Of a DNA stretch of 13,784 bases, positions 7,280 to 13,479 are shown piece after piece (within the stretch, counting starts at the first letter, position 1; each line of letters starts with the position of its first letter). The position numbers and the translations under genes are program-made. Below the pieces are notes generated by a model. It saw only the letters and a program-made list of their open reading frames with translations. It ran no database searches and was not told the origin of the DNA. The stretch is from an uncultured Clostridia bacterium (GTDB lineage Bacteria > Bacillota > Clostridia > Christensenellales > Aristaeellaceae). The stretch covers positions 1 to 13,784 of the forward strand of contig CALCTW010000122.1 in NCBI GenBank assembly GCA_937907055.1, given 5' to 3'.

Positions 7280-8156
7280 GCCGTACCGCCGTCCACATTT
7301 CATTGATTTTTTCGGGAAGCATTTGTTTTTTCATGACGCGCAGACCTTCGATCTCAAGATCATCCTCGAGATTGACGAAGTGAACGTTTTCCGGCAAAAG
7401 CCGCATGAGTTCTCTGCGCATATAGTAGCCGAGGCAGGGATCCTTGACGCATTCCTTGGCCAGGAAGAGATCGAATGTATCGTCGCTGAGCATATAGCCG
7501 GCGGCGACACCGAAGGGCGCGCCGTCCGCGTACATCAGGATGCCCCGGATGCCCAGCTGTTCCCGTTTCATCAGCGGTTCCGTATCCTCTTCATCGCCGT
7601 ACATTTCCAGCACACCGCCGGCAGTGCGGCTTCCGCGCCAGAGGCGGATGATCTCCAGCGCTTCCCCGACATTTTCATCATTGAGGGGCTTGATGGTGAT
7701 GGTGTGATCGCGCTCCGCGCGGTGGACCTTGTTGCGCAGCTTTTCATAGCGCTTTCCGGCGCAGGCGATGTGCCCCTGCCGGCTGACGATATACTCATTA
7801 TCTCCCGCGGAGGGGGATATAACGAAAAGACCGGGGAAGTGATTCTCCAGCCATTGAACGTCCTGCTCCCGAAGGTAGCAGAGCGAGAAATCCGGCTCGG
7901 CAAGATGGGCGGAAATAAAGCGGAACGCGGCATCTGAATCCCCGCAGGGGAAGAGCCATGTGTTCGCGCCTTTCGCGATGTATTGAAGGGTGAAAAGATC
8001 ATCCTCCAGATAAAGCTGAGCGCCGACAAAGCGCCGCCAGATATAGAGCGTATTAAAAGCGTGTGAAGAAGACCGGTGGTCGTAGTGATATCTGACCGCT
8101 TCGATCTGCGCCGCGTCTGACAGGGACAGAAGACCGGCCGGGCCTGAAGGAATCAT
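7269..8156 (-). CDS. DUF2156 / LPG_synthase_C-like protein (homologue of the MprF aminoacyl-phosphatidylglycerol synthase domain, tandem GNAT-like fold), 295 aa
   Basis: Motifs remembered from stand-alone DUF2156 proteins: HAFNTLYIWRRF, LFPCG, GDNEYIV, AGKRYEKLRNKVHR, GILMYADGAPFGVAAGY, and the C-terminal VNLEDDLEIEGLRVMKKQMLPEKINEMW. RBS aaagga precedes ATG 8156. Confidence 0.75.
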   Translation of the reverse strand: MIPSGPAGLLSLSDAAQIEAVRYHYDHRSSSHAFNTLYIWRRFVGAQLYLEDDLFTLQYIAKGANTWLFPCGDSDAAFRFISAHLAEPDFSLCYLREQDVQWLENHFPGLFVISPSAGDNEYIVSRQGHIACAGKRYEKLRNKVHRAERDHTITIKPLNDENVGEALEIIRLWRGSRTAGGVLEMYGDEEDTEPLMKREQLGIRGILMYADGAPFGVAAGYMLSDDTFDLFLAKECVKDPCLGYYMRRELMRLLPENVHFVNLEDDLEIEGLRVMKKQMLPEKINEMWTAVRHEG

Positions 8157-8182
8157 TCCATCATCCTTTCGGGAGCGTTTGG

Positions 8183-8482
8183 TTATTCGATGTTCAGGAT
8201 GTCGACAAAACCGGTGACCTCAAAGATGTCCATCAGATCATCATTGCAGTTGCGGATGACCATTTTGCCGTGCTTGGCGTTCATGGCCTTCTGCGCCATC
8301 AGCAGAACGCGCAGACCGGCGGAAGAAACATACTTGAGAGCAGCCAGATCAAAGGTCAGATCGGTGACATCGGGCAGGATGGTGTTGAGCTCTTTCTCGA
8401 AAGCGGGAGAAGAATTGGTATCCAGACGTCCTTCCAGAGAGATGGTCATTTCGTGGCCGTTGATCGTTCTTTTCATTTCCAT
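8183..8482 (-). CDS. STAS-domain anti-sigma-factor antagonist (RsbV/SpoIIAA-like), 99 aa
   Basis: AGGAGG (complement of 8492-8497) lies 9 nt before ATG 8482. ISLEGRLDTNSSPAFEKEL...LTFDLAALKYVSSAGLRVLL...MVIRNCNDDLMDIFEVTGF is the canonical STAS pattern. It includes the phosphorylatable Ser position (VSSAGL). Confidence 0.9.
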   Translation of the reverse strand: MEMKRTINGHEMTISLEGRLDTNSSPAFEKELNTILPDVTDLTFDLAALKYVSSAGLRVLLMAQKAMNAKHGKMVIRNCNDDLMDIFEVTGFVDILNIE

Positions 8483-8562
8483 TGCGGGTATCCTCCTGTA
8501 TGAGATATTCGTTTATTAAATGTCTTGATCATCGTATGACAGACATTTTTTATCCATTCACT

Positions 8563-8591
8563 GTTATATCATACTATAATGCAAAAAACAA
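8563..8591 (-). promoter_or_regulatory. Weak promoter candidate for the partner-switching operon (TTGTTT-17 nt-TATAAC)
   Basis: The minus strand reads TTGTTT (8591-8586), a 17-nt spacer, then TATAAC (8568-8563), inside the AT-rich block 8500-8590. Several other -10-like hexamers occur here, including TATAAT on the + strand at 8575-8580, so the exact promoter is uncertain. Confidence 0.3.
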
Positions 8592-8796
8592 CAGGAAACG
8601 GGATTTCTTTGGCGTTTTTTACTGTGTTTTTCTGCCGGTCCCGTGTGTAAAAAAGGGATGAGCGTGAGAGAAAACCGCTGATCCTGATCGCGAAACGGAA
8701 GGGGATACTGGCGGAACGGAAAACAAATGCAAAGCGAAATGTTCAATTTTTCAGGCCGGAGGACAGGGGGAAAAGGTGAAAATCGGCTGAAAACGG

Positions 8797-8825
8797 TTTA
8801 CATTGCATGCCGGTTGTGTTATGCT
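8797..8825 (+). promoter_or_regulatory. Sigma-A-type promoter candidate for the ECF sigma gene (TTTACA-17 nt-TATGCT)
   Basis: TTTACA sits at 8797-8802, followed by a 17-nt spacer and TATGCT at 8820-8825, about 70 nt upstream of ATG 8896. Confidence 0.5.
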
Positions 8826-8895
8826 TCGATGTAATGAGAGGCGCAGGACGGCGGAAAAGCAGGCGCCCCGGACAAGCGGAAAGGAGGAGACTTTC

Positions 8896-9423
8896 ATGGC
8901 GGAAAGAGAAAAACGGCCGCTTCAGGAGGTGTATGAGGACTATTTTTCATACATCTACAACATGATGTATATGCATGTGCTGAACCGGGAGACCGCGGAG
9001 GATCTGACCAGCGAAGTGTTCATGAAGGCTTTCTCCGCTTACGCGCAGTATGATCCGAAGCGCGCCGGGGAGAAGACATGGCTGTCGACCATCGCCAATC
9101 ATCTGCTGATCGATCATTACCGTTCCCGTTCCGCGAACAAATCCGATCTGGTGGAGGATGAGGTGCTGACCGCGATCCCCTGTGAGGACGCGGACATGGA
9201 AAGGATCTGTGATACCGCCAATGACGCGGTGCGCGTTCTGATGAGCGAGCTGGATCCGCAGGAGCGGCATCTGCTGGAGATGCGGTACTATATGGACATG
9301 AAAAACCCTGAGATCGGGGAAGTGCTGGGCATCAACGCGAAGGCTGTCAGCGAGCGGATCCGCCGCCTGACGGAAAAGTGCCGGAAGATCGCGGAGGTGC
9401 GTCATATACAGGAATGGCTGTGA
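8896..9423 (+). CDS. ECF-type (sigma-70 family, regions 2 and 4 only) RNA polymerase sigma factor, 175 aa
   Basis: aaggagg (8881-8887) lies 8 nt before ATG 8896. Region 2: EDLTSEVFMKAF...KTWLSTIANHLLIDHYRSR. Region 4 HTH: LDPQERHLLEMRYYMDMKNPEIGEVLGINAKAVSERIRRL. Confidence 0.9.
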   Translation: MAEREKRPLQEVYEDYFSYIYNMMYMHVLNRETAEDLTSEVFMKAFSAYAQYDPKRAGEKTWLSTIANHLLIDHYRSRSANKSDLVEDEVLTAIPCEDADMERICDTANDAVRVLMSELDPQERHLLEMRYYMDMKNPEIGEVLGINAKAVSERIRRLTEKCRKIAEVRHIQEWL

Positions 9424-9514
9424 ACAGCGTTCAGGAAGAGGCGAAGCGTGGATTTGGCCTGTTCGCGGCGTATATTCATTTGCGGGCGACCGCTTGAATA
9501 AAAGAGGAGAACAA

Positions 9515-9730
9515 ATGATGGACCTGTTGAAAAAAGCGGATTTTTCAAAGGAAACAGACCTGAAGGAACGCCTGTTCAGACAACTGTTTTCAGAACATAT
9601 TCTCGCGTTTCCGAATCGTGAACAGTTGACCGATGATGAAACGGAAATGGTTTTCGCGGCGGGTGCTCCCGGAGAACAGCAGCCGAAGGCTGACAGGGTA
9701 CAGGAGATCCCGGAGCGGAATAAGAACTGA
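9515..9730 (+). CDS. Small acidic hypothetical protein (71 aa) co-transcribed with the ECF sigma; no TM segment, no zinc-finger anti-sigma motif; leader-peptide-like LTDDETEMVFAAG segment
   Basis: gaggag (9504-9509) lies 5 nt before ATG 9515 (a second ATG is at 9518). The ORF ends 57 nt before the terminator that starts at 9788. Its coding status rests on the RBS, its position in the operon and its length only. Confidence 0.55.
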   Translation: MMDLLKKADFSKETDLKERLFRQLFSEHILAFPNREQLTDDETEMVFAAGAPGEQQPKADRVQEIPERNKN

Positions 9731-9787
9731 CGGCGCGGATCGTTTCTTATCACGGACGCGCGCGGAAGGACAGAAAAGAATATGCTT

Positions 9788-9828
9788 AAAATGGCCTTGC
9801 TCCCATGCCGGGAACAAGGCCATTTTTT
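9788..9828. terminator. Bidirectional rho-independent terminator shared by the sigma operon (+) and the ABC exporter operon (-)
   Basis: A 12-bp stem, aaaatggccttg (9788-9799) with caaggccatttt (9815-9826), encloses a 15-nt loop. A T-run follows on the + strand (tttttt to 9828) and TTTT follows on the - strand. It sits between stop 9730 (+) and stop 9848 (-). Confidence 0.8.
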
Positions 9829-9847
9829 GATTATGATCTCAGGGAGG

Positions 9848-12037
9848 TCATTCCGGTGTTACCATCTGACGGCGTACCAGATCGGCAAAAAGACCGTTCT
9901 TTTCGATCAGTTCTTCATAGGTGCCGTCCTCCGCGATGATGCCGTCCTTGAGGAACAGGATGCGGTCGCACTGACGGATGGTGGACAGACGGTGCGCGAT
10001 CACAAGGCGTGTGCAGCGCATCTTATCCATGGCTTCGGAAACGTGCTTCTGCGTCACATTGTCCAGCGCGCTGGTGGCTTCGTCCAGGAACAGGATCTTG
10101 GGCTTGGGCGCGACCGCGCGGGCGATCATGAGGCGCTGACGCTGTCCGCCGGAGATACCGCCGCCGCCCTCCTGAATGATGGTGTGCATGCCCATGGGCA
10201 TGGCGCGGATATCATCGGCGATGCCGGCGACCTCGGCGGCCTGCCACGCGTCATCCAGATTCAGCCACGGCGCGGAAATGGTGATGTTGGAGAAGATATC
10301 GCCCCAGATCAGCTTGCCGTTCTGCATGACCACGCCGATCTTGCGGCGGAGGGACTTGAGATCGAGACTGTCGATATTCTTCCGGTCGTAGTACACAGCG
10401 CCCTTCTGCGGCTTTTCAAAGCCCAGCAGAAGACGCATCAGCGTGGACTTGCCGCAGCCGCTTTCGCCCACGATGGCCACGTACTGGCCGGGGCGGATGC
10501 GGAAGGAGATGTCCTTGAGGATCTGACGATCGGATTCGGTGTCATACTTGAAGGACAGGTGGCTGACTTCGATGCCGCCGGAGAGACGGGTGACGACTTC
10601 CTTGTCTTCCGCCAGCTCGGGCTGCGCGTCCATCAGCGGCTTTACGATCTGCAGGACGGGGCGGATATCGGCAATGGTCTGCGCGATGCCTACGAGCGAG
10701 GCGAAGGCGGTGGCGATATAGCCGTAGGCGGCCATGAAGCTGTTGTAGTTCGCCACGGAGATCTGCATCTCGGTGGCCTTGTAATACAGAATGATGGTAC
10801 CGATCAGGCTGATGGCGCCGGTGACGACATTGCCGAGCAGCATGACGGCAGGCGGGGAATAGAGCAGCTGCGCGTGCCTGGCGTACAGATTGCCCCAGCG
10901 CGCGAAGGCGCGTTTTTCCGCGCCGCAGGTGCGGATCTTCTGCATGCCGCTGATCACGGAGTGCACCATGCCGCTTTCCTTGGCGGCGATATTCATTTCT
11001 TTTCCGGTGATCTTGGTGGAGACCAGCACGGTGATGATGCCCCATACCAGCGTGGCCAGCAGGATCAGCAGGGAGGGCACGACCAGAGACGGGGAATAAC
11101 GGAAGATCTGCGTGACATAGACCAGCGAGAACACGCCGGTGATACCCATGGAGAATACGGAAGAGACCAGCGCGTCGCACAGGGAATTGAGATAGCTGAC
11201 ATGCTGGCTGAGCTCACCGGAGCTGTAGTTGCGGAAGAAAGCGGTGGGCATGGAGAACAGGCGCATCATGGACGCGGATTCCACATTCATGCTCAGCTTC
11301 ATGCCGATGCGGTTGAGAAGCAGTGTCTTGATCCCGTTGATCACCTGACTGGCGATGGTCACGCTGATCATGAAGACGACGACGGAGATCAGAAGCTGAT
11401 AACTGCCGTAGGTGACCACCGATGAGAAGAGCAGGTTGGTCAGCTTTGGGATCACCATGCCCAGCAGCGTGATGATGGCCATGGCAACGAAATACCAGAA
11501 GAAATCAACAAAATCCAGCGAGGTGCGCATGTACTCGATCAGATCCCGGACGGAGATCGGGCGCAGCGGCATCGGGCGGTAGAAAACGATGGCTTCTTCA
11601 TCGATCAGATCGGCGTTCTTGCCGGTGATCGTGATCATTTTGCCGGTGGTGAAATCGCGGAAGGCATAGCCGCCGAACTTGCGCGGGAGAAGCGCAACGG
11701 GCTTGCCGTCCTCCCGGCGCACGGCCAGCATGGCACCCACGGCATCCTTGTGCCAGCCCTTGCGCAGCTTGACGGTGCGGCGCATGATGCCGCAGGGCTG
11801 CAGGGCGTAATCCATCTGGGCATTCACATCCTTGATGGATTCGGGCACCTCACGGGGCTTTAAGTGGTAATACTTGCAGATGTCCTCAAGCGCGTCCTTG
11901 GCGGCGCGGCTTTCATCCTGCCAGGCCTGCTGGATCTTGCGGCCCACCACGGCACCTACGATGTTCAGGTAGGCTTCGGACAGGACCTCATCATCTTTCA
12001 GCTTCGCGTAGGCGATCTGATCATCAAACCAACTCAT
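9848..12037 (-). CDS. Type-1 ABC exporter half-transporter (N-terminal ~165-aa accessory domain / 6-TM domain / NBD), bacteriocin/NHLP-exporter-like, 729 aa
   Basis: RBS aaggggg precedes ATG 12037. TM region runs from FVDFFWYFVAMAIITLLGMVIP onward. NBD motifs are intact: Walker A GESGCGKST, Q-loop VVMQNG, signature ISGGQRQRLMIARA, Walker B ILFLDEATSALD, H-loop LVIAHRLSTI. Confidence 0.85.
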   Translation of the reverse strand: MSWFDDQIAYAKLKDDEVLSEAYLNIVGAVVGRKIQQAWQDESRAAKDALEDICKYYHLKPREVPESIKDVNAQMDYALQPCGIMRRTVKLRKGWHKDAVGAMLAVRREDGKPVALLPRKFGGYAFRDFTTGKMITITGKNADLIDEEAIVFYRPMPLRPISVRDLIEYMRTSLDFVDFFWYFVAMAIITLLGMVIPKLTNLLFSSVVTYGSYQLLISVVVFMISVTIASQVINGIKTLLLNRIGMKLSMNVESASMMRLFSMPTAFFRNYSSGELSQHVSYLNSLCDALVSSVFSMGITGVFSLVYVTQIFRYSPSLVVPSLLILLATLVWGIITVLVSTKITGKEMNIAAKESGMVHSVISGMQKIRTCGAEKRAFARWGNLYARHAQLLYSPPAVMLLGNVVTGAISLIGTIILYYKATEMQISVANYNSFMAAYGYIATAFASLVGIAQTIADIRPVLQIVKPLMDAQPELAEDKEVVTRLSGGIEVSHLSFKYDTESDRQILKDISFRIRPGQYVAIVGESGCGKSTLMRLLLGFEKPQKGAVYYDRKNIDSLDLKSLRRKIGVVMQNGKLIWGDIFSNITISAPWLNLDDAWQAAEVAGIADDIRAMPMGMHTIIQEGGGGISGGQRQRLMIARAVAPKPKILFLDEATSALDNVTQKHVSEAMDKMRCTRLVIAHRLSTIRQCDRILFLKDGIIAEDGTYEELIEKNGLFADLVRRQMVTPE

Positions 12038-12049
12038 ACTTTCACCCCC

Positions 12050-12775
12050 TTACTCGCTGCAGACCAGCGTGGTATAAAGACCGCCGTTGGCCAGCAGTTC
12101 GGCATGCGTGCCGCGTTCCACGACCTGACCTTTTTCCAGCACCACGATCTCATCACAGTCGCGGATGGTGGACAGGCGGTGCGCGATCACGATGCAGGTG
12201 ATGCCGCGGTCGGTGATCCGCTTCACCACATCGTATTCGGTCTTGGCGTCCAGCGCGGAGGTGGCCTCATCCATGATCAGGATGGTGGGCTCCTGCGCCA
12301 GCGCGCGGGCGATCTCAAGACGCTGCCGCTGACCGCCGGAGAAGTCCTTGCCGTCTTCCAGCAGCCTGTGCTCATAGCCGCCCTCGCGCACCATGATATC
12401 CTCATGGATGCAGGCGTCGCGCGCGGCCAGGATCATTTCAAAATCCTCGATGGAGGTGTTCCACATTTTCACGTTGCCGGAAATGGTATCGTCGAACATG
12501 TTGATGTCCTGATCCACCACGGCCACGGAGCCGGTAAAGCGCTTGCGGTCGATCTCGGAAATGGGCTTGCCATCAAAGAGGATCTCGCCCGACCATGGCT
12601 GATACAAGCCGGAGATCAGCTTAGCCAGCGTGGATTTGCCGCAGCCGGAGGGGCCGACGATGAGGAGCTTTTCCCCCTTGCGGACAGTGAGATTGATGTC
12701 ATGAAGGGTCGGCGCAGACTGGGCGGTGTATTGAAAGGAAAAATGCTCAAAGCGAAGCAGGATATCATTATCCAT
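12050..12775 (-). CDS. Stand-alone ABC nucleotide-binding domain of the exporter (ABCB/bacteriocin-exporter) type, 241 aa, no membrane or peptidase domain
   Basis: RBS gggagg (atcgggaggaaacaccATG) precedes ATG 12775. Motifs are intact: Walker A GPSGCGKST, Q-loop VVDQD, signature FSGGQRQRLEIARAL, Walker B ILIMDEATSALD, H-loop IVIAHRLSTIRDCDEIVVLEKGQVVERGTHAEL. Its stop lies 12 nt before the 729-aa gene. Confidence 0.85.
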   Translation of the reverse strand: MDNDILLRFEHFSFQYTAQSAPTLHDINLTVRKGEKLLIVGPSGCGKSTLAKLISGLYQPWSGEILFDGKPISEIDRKRFTGSVAVVDQDINMFDDTISGNVKMWNTSIEDFEMILAARDACIHEDIMVREGGYEHRLLEDGKDFSGGQRQRLEIARALAQEPTILIMDEATSALDAKTEYDVVKRITDRGITCIVIAHRLSTIRDCDEIVVLEKGQVVERGTHAELLANGGLYTTLVCSE

Positions 12776-12790
12776 GGTGTTTCCTCCCGA

Positions 12791-12837
12791 TAATAAGAAA
12801 AGCCGAATACCGAAGCATTCCTGCCGGGTATTCGGCT
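12791..12837 (-). terminator. Rho-independent terminator after the ECF S-component gene
   Basis: An 11-bp stem, agccgaatacc (12801-12811) with ggtattcggct (12827-12837), is followed on the minus strand by TTTTCTTATTAT. It lies 16 nt after the stop at 12853. Confidence 0.8.
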
Positions 12838-12852
12838 GCGGTTATCAATAGC

Positions 12853-13401
12853 TTATTCCGCCTTCAGGCTGCCCTTCTTGGGCTTGGCAGCGGCATAGGC
12901 AAGGCAGAGCAGAGTGCCCACCACGGCAGTGGTGACAATGTTCGCCACGGCGGAGACGAGGCCCTGAGCAAAGAGCTTCTCAACAGGCTCGGCATAGATC
13001 AGGATATCCATCACGCGAGCCACAGCGCCCCAGCAGATCACATGACCAACCAGCTGAATGAGATTGAACTTCACGATGGCAGCCTTGCCGAACTCGCCCT
13101 CGTTCAGCTTGAACTTTTTGCCCACAAGACCCATGATGCCGCCGAACACGCCGGAGGCGATGACCCAGCTCCACCACACGCCCCAGCCGTAGCTGAAGTC
13201 GATGAGGGCATGGCCGATGAGACCGATGAGCGCACCCACCAGGGGGCCGAAGAGCGCGGCCATGAAGGCCAGCAGGCCGTACTGGATGGAGATGTTGGTG
13301 TTAGGCACGGGGCTGGGGATCGCAACGAAGCGGCCCAGTACAAAGAACAGAGCTGCGCCGATGCCGATGGCTACGATGGTCTGAACAGATGACTTTTTCA
13401 T
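12853..13401 (-). CDS. ECF-transporter substrate-specific (S) component, UPF0397-like integral membrane protein, 182 aa
   Basis: RBS aaaggaga precedes ATG 13401. MKKSSVQTIVAIGIGAALFFVLGRFVAIPSPVPNTNISIQYGLLAFMAALFGPLVGALIGLIGHALIDFSYGWGVWWSWVIASGVFGG matches the UPF0397/ECF-S pattern as I remember it. It has about 6 hydrophobic helices. Confidence 0.75.
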   Translation of the reverse strand: MKKSSVQTIVAIGIGAALFFVLGRFVAIPSPVPNTNISIQYGLLAFMAALFGPLVGALIGLIGHALIDFSYGWGVWWSWVIASGVFGGIMGLVGKKFKLNEGEFGKAAIVKFNLIQLVGHVICWGAVARVMDILIYAEPVEKLFAQGLVSAVANIVTTAVVGTLLCLAYAAAKPKKGSLKAE

Positions 13402-13451
13402 ACTTCTATTTCTCCTTTGCGATTTATGTGACTTCCCATCACAATGCATAC

Positions 13452-13479
13452 ATTATAGCAGAGATTCCGCCCCTGAAAA
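13452..13479 (-). promoter_or_regulatory. Promoter candidate for the ECF S-component gene (TTTTCA-16 nt-TATAAT with TGC extended -10)
   Basis: The minus strand reads TTTTCA (13479-13474), a 16-nt spacer ending in TGC, then TATAAT (13457-13452). This leaves a leader of only ~45 nt before ATG 13401. Confidence 0.5.

Noticed and set aside
7280-7303. An upstream start (ATG 7303, MKCGRRYG...) for the MATE fusion gene
   Set aside because: No RBS-like sequence precedes it, and it would overlap the DUF2156 gene by 35 nt. ATG 7279 gives the typical MATE N-terminus (MKDKKIKDPF...). The call remains uncertain.
8564-8746. A 60-aa minus-strand ORF inside the 413-bp divergent intergenic region
   Set aside because: It has no RBS, an odd Cys/Phe/Pro-rich composition, and it spans the AT-rich promoter block. 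The region is more likely regulatory DNA.
8803-8895. An upstream start (ATG 8803) for the ECF sigma gene, giving 206 aa
   Set aside because: ATG 8803 lies within the spacer of the predicted promoter and has no RBS. ATG 8896 has a strong aaggagg at ideal spacing and gives a typical ECF sigma length.
9975-10003. A 29-nt stretch, cggatggtggacagacggtgcgcgatcac, repeated with one mismatch at 12162-12190
   Set aside because: It is not a mobile or regulatory repeat. Both copies encode the conserved ABC H-loop VIAHRLSTIR in two paralogous NBDs that use the same codons.
10542-11180. A 212-aa minus-strand ORF in an alternative frame inside the 729-aa ABC gene
   Set aside because: The translation is Arg/His/Gly/Pro-rich, lies fully inside a well-supported CDS, and has no RBS.
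9782-11425. A 547-aa + strand ORF (and 11864..12793 +, 309 aa) opposite the ABC genes
   Set aside because: These are antisense shadows of genes with complete Walker A/B, signature and H-loop motifs. Their translations are Gly/Asp/His/Ala-rich and lack motifs.
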